Source of the DNA: Trichoplax adhaerens
Taxonomy: Eukaryota > Animalia > Placozoa
Assembly: GCF_000150275.1 (NCBI RefSeq)
Contig: NW_002060987.1
Span: 23,926-87,925 of the forward strand
Direction: 5' to 3'
DNA: 64,000 bases
Position numbers and translations under genes: made by a program. Positions 28,157 through 41,600 of this stretch are shown here, piece after piece. The notes under the pieces were generated by a model. It saw nothing but the letters and a program-made list of their open reading frames with translations, was not told where the DNA came from and did no database searches. The first letter of the stretch is position 1, and each line of letters begins with the position of its first letter.

Positions 28157-28320
28157 CTACAGTAGAATGTACACTATACTAAGAAAAAAATCATTCGAGT
28201 ACTGTACAGTACAGTACTGTAGTTCTTGCTTTACCTCTACAGTACTGTACAGTTTGTATTTCATCAACATACTGTACGTACTGTACGGAGGAACAAGGCC
28301 TACTGTACACTGTACAGTAA
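28157..28320. repeat. TACAG/CTGTA cluster between the RCAN start and tRNA-His
   Basis: Repeated TACTGTACAGTA words; a similar patch lies at 28500-28555. Confidence 0.7.
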
Positions 28321-28375
28321 GAAGAGTGGATAGGAATTTTTTAAATTGTCTATTTTTCCCTCTTCCTTCAACTTC

Positions 28376-28447
28376 GCCGTGATAGTATAGTGGTCAGTAC
28401 TTTGCGTTGTGGCCGCAAAAACCCAGGTTCGAATCCTGGTCACGGCA
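28376..28447 (+). tRNA. tRNA-His (GTG)
   Basis: GCCGTGA/TCACGGC acceptor stem, TTGCG-TT-GTG-GC-CGCAA anticodon arm and GGTTCGAATCC T-loop (B box). No intron. G-1 is not encoded (C at 28375), as expected for eukaryotic Thg1 addition. Confidence 0.98.
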
Positions 28448-28454
28448 TTTTTTT
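28448..28454 (+). terminator. RNA polymerase III terminator
   Basis: T7 run directly after the tRNA discriminator base. Confidence 0.9.
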
Positions 28455-28795
28455 GCATCAAGCGTATCGTACGATTTTTTACTGTCCAGCCATGCGGACG
28501 TACAGGGTACAGTAACTGATACTGGTACTGTACATTTACTGTACTGTACTGTAGTAAACAACTTTTGTTGAAACCATTCACCAAGCTTTTGATAGCCACT
28601 ACTCAGGGACTACTCCAAAGAAGAGAAGGACATTTTTTGCAGCTTTCGGCCGTGTCCCGCCCTTTCTCTTCTTTCGAGTACAATATTTTTAATAATTGAT
28701 TGTCGGTGTGAATATTTTTCAAATAATTAATTATAAGCTTTTTCGAGACTTATAACATTACAGTCAGTATTTTGGAAATCAGATGAATCTACGTA

Positions 28796-28835
28796 CAGTA
28801 CAGTACAGTACAGTACAGTACAGTACAGTACAGTA
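28796..28835. repeat. (CAGTA)8 perfect microsatellite
   Basis: Eight perfect CAGTA units followed by CTGTA, about 200 nt upstream of the ATG at 29040. Confidence 0.95.
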
Positions 28836-29039
28836 CTGTAGAATCAGAACTTTAGAATTTAGAACTTAGAATTTGGTACTGTAGCAAATCATCTTTGCAC
28901 TGTAGACTGACCATGCCGAACGGTGAGGTGATTTGGATACGACAGATTAACTTGATTTCACTCGTACAGATCATAGCTTGAAAAATAGATTCCGTTTTCG
29001 GTAGAGCATACAATATTGTCAAGATTCTATATTTCAACG

Positions 29040-31040
29040 ATGATAGTCAATTCTGTACCGCTACTTCTACCAATCATTTTATTAGCCATATTGCAAATAC
29101 CTATGGCTCGCTCGGTTTGTGATGTAATATTCACTAATCGATCCTCAGAAGATGGAATGGGAACTGATACCATTAGTAAGCTTAACAATGATCGTTATCA
29201 CTTGATTAACTTACCTTTAAATTATAACGTAACTGTTCAGGTGGATGTTGGTGACGAAACACGGAATTTATATATCATCAACTATTATATAGCAAATCTA
29301 TATAAAAGTAACGCGCAAAATTTTGTGAGGCTTCCAACCGAATACATAAGGCTTTTAAGTGGATTGATAAGATGGCTTTTAGGTGTTAGAAGCAGTAAGG
29401 ATATACTCAGTATAGATGTTCAACTTGCATGTGGCAATGAGAGTTTGAACCAAATTTTTAATGGCAGTTGCCAGCTTGTACCGAAGCGGGCCCTAAAAAT
29501 CATGGCTGACTATTGGTTGGATAAGTTTCAAATTAATTGCAAGTCAGACGTACACTGTGTTGATCAAAAAATATGTATGCGTATGGATCCGAATTGCCCT
29601 CTTTATTGCAAGGAACATAATGGGCCTACCAAAATGGAAGAAGAGAAGACCCTATCCCCAATTAGCGTATTGTTGATATATACAGCCTCTGTTTTGCTGC
29701 TCTTCAGATTCATTCTCTCGGTTTTCATGCATCCCACAAGTCCAAGTACGGCCATTATACAAGGTGAACAAATGATTTGTACATCTCAATCACTTTCTCT
29801 CAGAGATACTTTGAAGCTAGTGACTTATCATTATGTTCCTGAGGGACAACATTATCAAGTACTACTCTTCCATTTGATAATAACTTCGATATGGATAATT
29901 GAATACTTTACTGGAGCGCTAGGTAGTTTTAGAGCAGATAATTTTCAAGTGTGGATTGAAGTTTTATGGTTCAACTTACCGCGATTCTTTATTTGGACTA
30001 TAATTATCTTCGTTAATACCTTACAAGGCATCATCGTTGCTGTCATTGCTGCTATAAGAAAAAAAACTGTACAACATTGTAACGACTACAAGAAAGCGAG
30101 TGATGATTGGTTTGCAACTTTTATTCATAAAGGATTCTTTTACAAAATTCTGTATTGGCTACAGTTGCACGTATTTATTTTCGCTATTTCTTTCAAAGTC
30201 AATGACTTTAACATAAAATCCAATCGCTTTTATAAATATTTTCTAACAATCTATTTTACGATGACATTCCTAACAATATCTTACGTATTAGTGGATTTTG
30301 GTTTTATTGTTCTAGGTGCCATCATCTATGTCACTTCCTTTCAAAACACATCGATACCTTATCTTATAATCGGGTTACCGTTGAATATCGTTTTAATTGC
30401 TTTAATTCAAAATCACTTAGGTCAAAGACGATACTTGTTAGACTTATTCAACAAAGTGAATGCAACAGATATTCCAGTATATATTAAAACTAATCAAAGA
30501 CAAAACAAAGTCTTGATGAAAGTTTCTCGTAACGCAGTTCCGTTCACTAAACAGTTAGAACATTTCTTCCGACAGAAAAAAACTGGAAAAGATGTTACAA
30601 ATGAGTATTTTATATTTAACGAAAGAAGTTCTGATGAAACAATAAGCGAATTAGCTGAGATAATACATTGGGAGGATGTTGGATCAAACTTTGAAATTGT
30701 TGAAAATTGGAACGGGCAGAAGTGGATAAGATCATCTATTTATAAATCAGCAGTTGACGCTTCAGGTATTGCAAGTGTAAAAAAACTGTTTGTAGACTGT
30801 CTTATTCTAGTATGTATTGAAATTGCCTATTTTTTAATAGTATCTATAGTCAACGATGAAAACATCGATTCAGTACGCAGTATTATTGGTGGTGTATTAA
30901 TACCTTATATTTCTATAGTTGTTGCTATTTTTATTACACGTACATCTACAAATGAAACATCTGATAAAAGAACTATCTGTAAACTTATAGCTAAAGACAT
31001 AGATTATTTAAAAGCAACAGCTATTGTATCCGAAGTGTAA
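29040..31040 (+). CDS. Uncharacterised single-exon multi-pass membrane protein (666 aa)
   Basis: A 2-kb uninterrupted ORF in AT-rich DNA. N-terminal signal peptide, Cys- and N-glycosylation-rich ectodomain, about 8-9 hydrophobic segments, C-terminal SEV. The first ATG is at 29040 (the track starts at an upstream TTG). Confidence 0.85.
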   Translation: MIVNSVPLLLPIILLAILQIPMARSVCDVIFTNRSSEDGMGTDTISKLNNDRYHLINLPLNYNVTVQVDVGDETRNLYIINYYIANLYKSNAQNFVRLPTEYIRLLSGLIRWLLGVRSSKDILSIDVQLACGNESLNQIFNGSCQLVPKRALKIMADYWLDKFQINCKSDVHCVDQKICMRMDPNCPLYCKEHNGPTKMEEEKTLSPISVLLIYTASVLLLFRFILSVFMHPTSPSTAIIQGEQMICTSQSLSLRDTLKLVTYHYVPEGQHYQVLLFHLIITSIWIIEYFTGALGSFRADNFQVWIEVLWFNLPRFFIWTIIIFVNTLQGIIVAVIAAIRKKTVQHCNDYKKASDDWFATFIHKGFFYKILYWLQLHVFIFAISFKVNDFNIKSNRFYKYFLTIYFTMTFLTISYVLVDFGFIVLGAIIYVTSFQNTSIPYLIIGLPLNIVLIALIQNHLGQRRYLLDLFNKVNATDIPVYIKTNQRQNKVLMKVSRNAVPFTKQLEHFFRQKKTGKDVTNEYFIFNERSSDETISELAEIIHWEDVGSNFEIVENWNGQKWIRSSIYKSAVDASGIASVKKLFVDCLILVCIEIAYFLIVSIVNDENIDSVRSIIGGVLIPYISIVVAIFITRTSTNETSDKRTICKLIAKDIDYLKATAIVSEV

Positions 31041-32664
31041 TTCAAGAAATTGGAAAATCTTCTAAGTTTTTAGATAAAATGAAGCTTCGGTGAACGTATA
31101 TTGATAGATGCTTTTTACCTATTTGAAAGTAAAGTATGTTTATACATAATTATAGATTGCCCGTAATATGTAATATTTAGATTGTACTACAGTGTAAATG
31201 TCTTACTACAGGCATTTAATATTGTTCTTAAATTCTGATTTGGTATCTATTGTATCTAATGCTACGATACTATTTCCTGCATGCATTCTATTCCTAAAGC
31301 TCTAAATACCATCGCTTTCCGCCTTAGAAATCATTAATTACAATAGTTACAATGTTCGTATTTCCTTACGTTACTTCACGACAGTTTACATACTGCTCTA
31401 CTGTAACTACCACATTGTGCACCATTATCGTCTACAATAAAGCCACCTTTTCTTCTTCATGCTAAAACCCTTGTGTATTTCTCTGCATCGCAACTAAATC
31501 TGGTACTGGTGACTCATTGAAGCCTCCATCACGAACGATAGTTCTAAGAGGAACTGTTACTGCTTGCTTTTGCTTTGGATTAAATCGTATTTAATCGTAT
31601 TACAAAGCAGAATATTTTAAGATCGGAGAATGCTCATCTTTGTCGCATATAAACTACTCCTGTAATTACGCGTATGGCTGATAGAGCTACTGTTGTAGCC
31701 GATAGTCACACAAGTCAATATCTCAATTTGTGTAACTCGAATTTTGTTCCAAATAACTGTTAATAAGTTCAATTAATGCTTGATTGAATATCAAATAAGA
31801 CTTAAAAATAGGTAAGCCAGTGTTGGGTTAATGAATTAGCTTCCGGTTAGAATTACTAGTACTGTATATTGTCGATTAGTACGGTATACTGTCATTTACT
31901 GTACAGTAGTTATACTATAACTAGTATGAAATCTGTCGCGTTGCTGACGGATGAACACCTTAATTAGGAATCTGCAAGACATTGAGATTTTAGATGCTGA
32001 TTGTCTAAAGCTACTGGTAGTAATGCTATCCTGAACTGCCTCTTTGCCCAACTGTTGAATAACACTGTGCACTTATTTATACATTTGTTAGCAAGAATAT
32101 AAAATTCAAGAACAATTATAGGGCGGGAAGGTGAGATTACAAATCCGTCCGTAATCGGTCCGAAATACGGTACTGACGTATAGTGTACAGTACTGTATAC
32201 TGTATAGTGTTAATAGATACTGTAGATCAAAATAACAACACTGGTTCTATCCAATCTTCGTGAATTAAAGTTTGCTACTGTTGCACTCTTCCAAGTTGGT
32301 TCTAACCTGATCATTATTGTTATTATTACCTGGTAATCATTACTTTTTCTACTACTGTATCGATGAATTGGATAACTAGATACTGGAACTAGATACTGGA
32401 ACTGAGCTGTCTTTCTCTTCCTTTATGGTAATTATGGTACAGTGGGATTGATGTTGAAATTATTTTTATTATTCAGATTAATGATAATATCAGTTATCCT
32501 TCCAAGAATGCATTGAAATCCAGTTGATGTCGATCCAATTGATGTATATTGCAAAATTTCAACGCCTTGTATGCTTAGAATAGGATTTACTTAGGACAAT
32601 GCTATATAAAAAAGACACAGGCTCAAGGACCTAGTAAGATAAACCAGCTCAGTTAAGATCGACC

Positions 32665-35600
32665 ATGTTTTCAAGTAGAATTGTCGCTGCTGATTTTTAC
32701 CTCGCCAAACCCATTCAAAAATTGGATGCATGTTACTCGGATTTTCGACGATGCCCAACCAAACGAGTTCCGGTCGTTCGAATATTTGGTGCTACACCGG
32801 CTGGCCAAAAGACTTGCCTTCATGTACATGGCGTTTTCCCCTATCTTTATGTCCCTTATGATGGTAGTCTGCCTGTTAGTAAATACTTATTAGAGTTTGC
32901 TAATAGCATCGATAAAGCTATTCATGTCGCTACCGGTGTCAAATCAACCGATCAGGATACATCGAATATGGCTTGGCAACAAGTCGTTTTTAAAATAGCC
33001 ATCGTCAATGGAATGTAAGAATCAAATTGATTACTAATAATGTGCTACAGGTTTCTATATGGTACTATCGTAAGACTAATGTATTGTATATTACTGTCGT
33101 GTTCTTTACTTGACTACTGTATCTGAAGTGCATACTTCAGTGCAGTTTGAAAGAATTTCGAGCAAACTGCTATTCTAGACTCATTTTGTTATTGCTATTC
33201 TGCAGGCCCATGTATGGATACTACAACGAAGAAAAACAGTTTATGAAGATTTATTTATATAATCCAAATCTAGTAGGGAAGTAAGTTAGAACGATCTCGG
33301 ATAGTTTTGTGTAAAAAGGATACCAAGTACAGACATGCAGTTACTCTGTGCTTCATATATCGAATGTAATATGCTCGCTTCTTACGCTTCAATAGGCTAA
33401 GGTAAAGAGTTACGTTATGTTCTTTGCATATATGGTACCCATGACATTGAGCTAATGCCACTTTGAGTCTTTCTGCTGCGTTGAAAGTTGCAGAATAGAC
33501 GATAATAATAGATAGCAATTCTAATCAATCGTTCACTTTACCTGTAGTTACATGAAACGTTAGACCTTCGTATTAAGAATGGTAGACAACTTTTGACCTA
33601 GTGAACTGATATTTATTAATTATTGTAACAGGGTTGCAGAGTTATTATTAGCCGGTGCTATCATGAATAAAGTCTTTCAACCGCACGAATCGCATATTCC
33701 ATTCATTTTGCAAGTAAGTCACAATATGACTCAACTGATTGTATTGGAAAATGGTTGCTTAATAACATTAATGATGATTCCAGTAAATATCAGTTAAGAA
33801 TACTTACTAATTTTTGTGTTGCAGTTTTTCATCGATTATAATTTATATGGGATGAACTTAATCAAGCTTGCTGTTGTTAAATTTCGCGCCCCATTGAATG
33901 AAGATAGTGAGTATTTCAGAATTGATTTAGTACTAATCGATTTCTAATCGGCCATAATAGGATAGTTTTCTCAGCATAATAAATATCGTACCAAATATTA
34001 TAGGCATTCACTATATTAGCCCTGTAGGTGAAACACCTCGTACTCCCATGATGTCTTCCTCGGCAGTAACTGGATACTCTCCTTATCGTAGCCCTGGACA
34101 TAGAATTTGGAACAACGCATCCATTCCAGCGTAATTGACTAGCATTGTATAGTTGTTTTAGTCTTTTGCAGAATGTCATTTACTAATTCGTGATTTGTAT
34201 TGCCATGATTCCATCTTTTGATCGTATTAATGTTTCAAAAATGTGTCGATAATTAGGAATCTGATGACATCATACGAAGCTGAACGAATGAGTACTTGTG
34301 AACTGGAAGTCGATTGTGTTGCTGCAGATATTATTAACAGGCTAGACTTGGAAGGTGACTGTAATTAAAAGGGCTTTCATTATCTTGAATTTTGATAATG
34401 TGTTTCTGGTGTTTAAGCTACTGTTTAAAATTACTATCTAAAACTTCCATCTGTATTTGGCATAGCTACAAAGGGAATAAATCCTGGTATTAAAGCAATA
34501 TGGGATGACGAAATTCAACGTAGAAAGAATAAAGGCGAATCCTCACAGCTAACGCCGCCGGCTTCTCAAGGTAAAATTGATTAAAGTGACCATTAGTTTG
34601 TCTATTTTTCGTGGTGTAATTATTAGGTGCTATGGCAGTGGTAATGAATGTTTAACATTACTTTGTTTTCATTTTGCAAGAGCGCTGCCCAACTTACGAA
34701 GACTCATCTGAAATAGAATTTAAAAGAATAGTTGCTGCAGCGATTAAGCAATTTGAAAATGAGCAAAGGTAGCGAACTGACAATTGTATATCTGACGAAA
34801 TTAGCATATGTTCGGTCTAGGTAATTTATTGGAAACTTGTTCAGCAATCTTCGTATAATGTGAACTTTACTCGGTTATGTTTTAGCCAGCAGGATGCGAA
34901 TGTCAGCTTGGATAGTGATCAGTTAGAATTATCGCAAATCGGTTCTACCCCTTCCTGTCAAATTGAGATTCACTCGACAAGTTTGAACTCCAATAAAGGT
35001 ATTGCTAGCTGTAGGAATAATATAAAATTAAAACATTGGGCAAATAATTCTTAAATTATGCAGCTTTGATATAAATTTTTGTTGTGAATCCGGACTTTAG
35101 AAGTCAACTCCATAATTGAGCATACTGACTCTGCGATCAATGATAATGCTGTAGGAGAAACTGACGTATCTTATCGGCGTAAGATCCTCCGTTAAACTTT
35201 TGTGTCTATTATTTATTACTAACATGTGTTTGTGGTATGCAATTATATGGTAAACTTTCGAAAACTTGTCTTTATAGGGTCCGAAGTTTCAATGGACTCT
35301 GAACTGGTGGATCTTTTAGCCCATCTTGGCAGTAGTAACGACACTAATAGCCTATTTAGCAGTAGCCAATTAAATGATATAAATTCACAAGATGAAGTTA
35401 GCATTTTCAGCGGAAGTGGTAGAATGGAAGTAGATGCTAGTAAAGAAGACAATGAATTGATAAAATGTGATGATGACGATGAAGCGTTGTTAATGTCGCA
35501 GATTTGGACGTTAGATGCTTTTAACAATAACGATACTGTTGTTAACACCGGTGTACAAAGGTAAATATCGTGTCTCAAATTACTGTTGCTTTGCATGCTT

Positions 35601-38600
35601 ATCCAATGCACATTGTTTTTATTTTGCTAACGGTCAATCGAAAGGTGAAAAATATAACAATTCTGTGTAATTTGTCTAGTATTGCAGTAGACAGCGAGCG
35701 ATCTTTTTCGTTTGTGGAAGAAAATACGCTTATAGAACAAGTTGATGGTGAGGATGATTCTGATAAAGAAGTAGAAAAGAATACAGCAAAATCGTTAAAG
35801 TTAAAATCAAATCGAAAAACTAACGAATGCGGTAATTCTATGACAAGAAATGTGAGCGGTACCACATCAGGTTTGAATATTTTACTAACCTAGTCTAGCT
35901 GATGTACTATTACGTAGTCACATATATTATTGTACCCACAGTGAATGAGTATAATACATTGATCCTGAGCTAAGATAGAACGAATACTTCAGTACAATTG
36001 TAATACTGGAGTTTGTATCCTAACATGGCTAGAAATGGAATTAGGATTAATTGAGCGCTTTCCTACACAAGCTGTGATTATTCCTATAATAATTTAGAAA
36101 TTTTGTGTATAGATGTTATTAAATCTAAAAGGAAATATATAGTCAACGATGACCAAATGGAAACGAACCTGACAAACGTCAAGAAGAAAGTTGCAAGAAA
36201 TTTATACAACGACTTTTCTGTTGATGAGAAAGCAAGAAAGACGGAAGAGATTACGGTGAACCAATCAAATAATTCCTCAGAAGTCATAAAACATGGAACG
36301 GAGATGAAAGTTAATTTTGGTTCCAATTCTTTTTATATTTACTTAAATGATATGGGCATTAATACCGATACTTTAGGTTATGAATTGAAGACAGCTAATA
36401 AAATAGAATCTAATCAAGAAGAATTAGTGAAGAATCTTTCAGCTGCTGTAACACCATTTGTGCAATGCAACCTTAACAGCGAGAACAATCTGAGCAATGA
36501 TATCGATCATACTTTAATCTCAGAAAATAAGTTATCGGTTATCGAAGATACTATTAGCCACGATAAGATTGGAGAAAATAGAAGTTTCGTTGACGATAGT
36601 AGTGATATCGAAACAAACACGTGTGATGTCTTGTATAAATTATCATTTTTATCGCCTACTTACCCTATGAGTCCTACCGAGACACCACCAAGACCATCTA
36701 CTCCAGATTTTGGTATAGATAGCTTAGCAGTTGGAGGTTATGTGGATGTTGACAGATTGAATGATATGCCACTGAAATCAAATGAAAATAGCGCATCTTT
36801 TGTGTCGGTAAAAGTGGAAAGACAAGATGATGATGCTTCTGGCAACTTTGATCTGCGTCCTGGCTTAGACAGCACAGTTACTGAAACATCAATAGAATTA
36901 AAGCCAGCCAAAAGTTCTCTACCAGTAGCAGTATCAGCTATTACAAATGAAGATAAACTTCAAGTAGTTAAGCTGGATGTACGACCTGGATTCATCAATG
37001 ACTGTGAAAGTGCTCAGAAGGAGATAGATGGAGGCGAAATTTCGGGGCGATTATTATCTATGACGAAAGATTGCGAGGACGTCACGGTAGCGATGGAAAT
37101 ACCATCAAAAGAAGATTTTGATACACAGAAGAATCTTCAAGCTACGATAGGACATAGTTCTTCGTCAAATCCGTATGATTATGAAAATGATGCAGAAGAG
37201 AAGGGAAAGATGGAAAAAAATGTTGAGAATTTTCTTGTAAATTATCAGCAATTAAAGGATGTTTGTGATAATTCACTGAAAGATCAATGTAATGTACTTA
37301 AATATTATTACAATCCACCGCAGCGACATGAGATCAGTAGTACTCTATCAGACTACGGGCTACCTCATGCCAAGTATCAAGAACCATTTTATAGCAACGC
37401 GGAAGACTTACCAAATATGTCTATGTAAGCGAAGTACATATTAAAGAACGATGTTATATCGACCTAATGTTATGTAATGATTCTAGTTTAACTAACTCTG
37501 CTTTTTGATTTTTCTACAGGGAAGTAGGGAGTATGGCGTTAAAAGTCAAATCATGTATAGTAAGTATGGTATCATTTTCAATTGTTGTTCTAAATAGATC
37601 AGATTGTTGATAATTTTTTTAATAAATTGGCAGATAGAAAATCTGACTGAATTTGATACTGGGTGCTCGCTTTCGTTTATGTTGGGTTTAAATCAGTGGC
37701 AATCTATTCTATTTATTAATCATCCAAAAGTAGATGAAACATTAGCCCATTTAGCATGTCGGTCTTTACCTGATATAAGTTACGAGATGCATAAAAATTT
37801 TATTGCTCGCGATGCTATCCTTGGCGATAGAAATGTTATAGTTATCCCAAGCCTAGAACCTCCAACACGAAATAGCGTTGAAAAGTGGATAACTGATAAA
37901 AGTTATGGTATCAAACGAAAGCAATCTTGCATCGTAGACGTTGATAATCTGGACTCCAGTGTAGTTGGCGATGGTGCTAAAAAGCAGAAATCTGTTCAGT
38001 TTGACAAAATATGTCATCAGGTGGGAGATTTTACGCAAGACCCTTCAATGATTAGTGCTATTCTCAATGAGAGTACGCGTGAAAGCTCATCACCCGCCAG
38101 TCAATTATCTACAAGTACGAAAAATTTAATCACTGATAGTGAGAAGTTCCTGATTCCCTCCCCTTGCTCAAAATCTTCGTTATCAAATTCACCTAAAACT
38201 GGATCAATAACTGATAATAAACCAATGGTTAATATTGCTGGAGACGCGTACGTCAAAGGAGATTTTAATTGTTCTCCTCGCACACCGCTTAGTAAGGAAT
38301 CAATACATGACAATAACCTCAAATTTAAACCAAAGGATAGAATATTTACTGCCACTGAAATGGTAAAAGAGTTACGCATTATTTTTTTATCGTAATATTA
38401 TCATGTGAATCAGCGTTATACCTTTTGCTTCGATAAATCATGCTAGGACTCTGTACAGAAGTTTGGGCGTCGTTTAGCTGCAGATTCACAAATTGAAGGC
38501 CCATCTCCAAAAAACACATATGACTTTCGTATTAGCCAACATAATCCAGACACTGCGAAGGCTGTTCATGAAGTACATTATTCTTGCAATTGACAAAGTA

Positions 38601-41600
38601 CTTGGTTAGACTGTAATTAATTTGAGTTCTGTTTATTAATAAGTACAACATCTAACAATAATGAGCATAGAATTGCATATAGAACGAGAGCGAAGCTAAA
38701 TCCTGATCCGGAATGTGATCCAATACGCGTATTATTCTATCATTTATATCGTGATATTCCACGTAGTTCACATCTTAAGAATTCCTTTTCTGGTATGATT
38801 ATTGTTGATCCAAGCCTGTACGACAGGGAGAGTTCAGTACAAGCTGATTCAAAAGGATCATTCGATATTAAATGTAACGATTCAATTACGCTATGTGAAG
38901 GTTTCAATTCTGATGATAGTTTATTCACGTCTCCTGATGAGAAGAAGTCTAATCGTAGCGGTCGTGTAATGGACGTATTAAATTTAAGTGGTAGAAGTAG
39001 AATGCTTGATAAATGTGGCGTGACAAATGCTTGGGTAGAATATGTACCTGATGAAGATAGCCTTTTGAAGTCTTTAGGATTAGTTATGAAAAGGTGCCTA
39101 TTAGTAAATTTAACAAAATGTACGATATTAAAATTCCGGATTTTGATATCGCATCCGGCAGCATGTTAATTACCTTGCAACTGACATTTAGATGTTTTCC
39201 TTCTTTAGTTATAATTTAGTTTCATAAACAATTTTAATTACAATTGTTATTTGTATGTATAGCTGGGATCCGGATATTCTAATTGGCTATGAGATTCAAA
39301 TGCTTTCATGGGGCTATGTATTCGACAGAGCTAAATTTTTGAAAATCGGTTTAGCGCCTAGATTGTCGCGTATTCCTGAACAAAAAATTAGATCCCAAAT
39401 TGAGTTAACTGATAATTCACTCGCTCGTTATAAAACAGACTTATTTGTAATCGGTAGAATTTTATTGAATGTGTGGCGAATAGTTCGAAGCGAAGTAAGT
39501 TTTACATGTAATAAAATGTACTGTTTTGACGATTGGGTAAATGGTATGCTATTCATGTATCATTAAGGATAATGGATAACCATTTTAATTGACTTCAGGT
39601 TACATTGAATATTTATACATTTGAAAATGTTTCATACCATGTATTACATCAAAGGGTGCCTCATTATTCCTTTGAAACATTAACGGAATATTTTAATCAA
39701 GACTCTCACAGGTAAATGCGAATATCTGTTAAAATCCTATAGGATATAGGCGTTAGTAAGCCAAGAGTAGATTTGTACATTTTCGGTATGTAATATCTGT
39801 TGGCTCTTATAGGTGGAAGACAATTGAATATTATCTAATGCGCTGTCGGAGCAATTTTTTATTGTTGAATGAATTGGATACGGTCGGTTTAACTAGTGAA
39901 TTTGCAAGACTTTTTGGAATTCCGTTTTATTCCGTTTTATCAAGGGGAAGTCAAGTAAGACTGGAAAAGCAATATGAACATCACATTAAAAACACTATAT
40001 CGATCTTATGGGATACACAGAATGATATCTTCTCCAATTTTAATAATTTAGTTCCGAGTAGAATCCATGATGTTGCGAATTGCAAAGCCGATGAATTATA
40101 TAGCAGTGTCACCAAGCCCTGATCAAAGAGCTATGTATGTAACAGGACTGTTCTAATTTTTATGTATTATAATTAATCTAACTACGATTTCAGGATGAGA
40201 GCTCCGGAAGTGATATCCTTGATTTTGGAGCCTGAATCTCGTTTTTACTCAGATCCGGTTGTGGTTTTAGATTTTCAGTCCTTATACCCATCAATAATTA
40301 TAGCTTACAATTACTGCTTTTCAACTTGCCTGGGAAATGTCAAGAATATTATCACGTTCGTGACGCACAGCAATATCTTAATCGCAGATATAGTTGACTA
40401 TTGTATGAAAACTAACTATAATTAAGTTTATCTATAAATTAATCTGCGTATTTTTAATATTGATAAAAGAGACGAAAGTAGGCAATTTGGTTGTACTACA
40501 TTGCGTGTACCTTTAGCAACCATGAAGGTAACGATCGTGCACTATTTTACTTCATGTTTTAATCCTCACTGTTATTTATCTGTATTACATTAGACTTTTG
40601 TTATAAACTAATTGTACAGTATTAATATTGACATGTATAGAAAATTAAAGAAGACTACACTGTCTCACCGACGGGACTCGCCTTTGTTAAAAGTAACATC
40701 CGTAAAGGGGTACTACCAAGGTACAGTAGTAGCAATGCAACATTAAGGGAGCATAACTAACGTCATTGCTAGCTGCTATTGATTTATTTACTATTTGCAA
40801 ATGATATAATGTAGAATGCTAGAGGAAATCTTAAATACTCGTGTTATGGTAAAAGGAGCTATGAAAAAAAACAAAGGAGATAAGGTAAGTCTGCCATTAA
40901 TACATCATATTACCTTGCAAGATTTGGGTTATAACTTTAGATCGACGAATTTTGGCATTAGGCCTTAGAACGTCTTCTAAATGCGAGGCAGCTAGGATTG
41001 AAATTAATTTCTAATGTGACTTATGGTTATACTTCGGCCAACTTTTCAGGACGTATGCCTTGTGTTGAGGTTATTAAGCATTAGATAACAAACCTTTTAT
41101 GATCTTGACACCCCTAAAATGCTACTATTCTTACATTGTAAATTAAGACATGAATGCAATCTTAATAAATGTAATTTGGAATTGAAGATTGGCGATAGTA
41201 TCGTAGCTAAGGCTCGAGAGACTTTAACCCGTGCGATACACTTGGTAGAAAATACTCCCGAATGGAAAGCAAAAGTTGTTTATGGAGATACAGATAGGTA
41301 TGCTACTATTTCTTAGTTGAATCAAGTAAGTACAGTAGCTAAATGTTGAAACTCACTTGATTTCAAACAGCACTAGGCAACTGAATATTTTCTGTTTTTG
41401 CATACGTATTGTGTAGCATGTTCATTTTACTTGAGGGTGCCACTAAGGATGAGGCCTTTCGTATTGGTAGAGAAATTACGAAACGGGTTACGGAACTAAA
41501 TCCTGTACCGGTTAAATTAAAGTTTGAAAAGGTCTAAGTTACTTTCAGTACTTGCGTACGAGATGTTAGTCTAGTATTATTATTCTAAGTACTAGCATGT

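Noticed and set aside
28300-28599. 99-aa minus-strand ORF
   Set aside because: Antisense to the tRNA-His gene and the flanking simple repeats.
32374-32403. 13-bp direct duplication AACTAGATACTGG x2
   Set aside because: Simple slippage duplication with no further structure.
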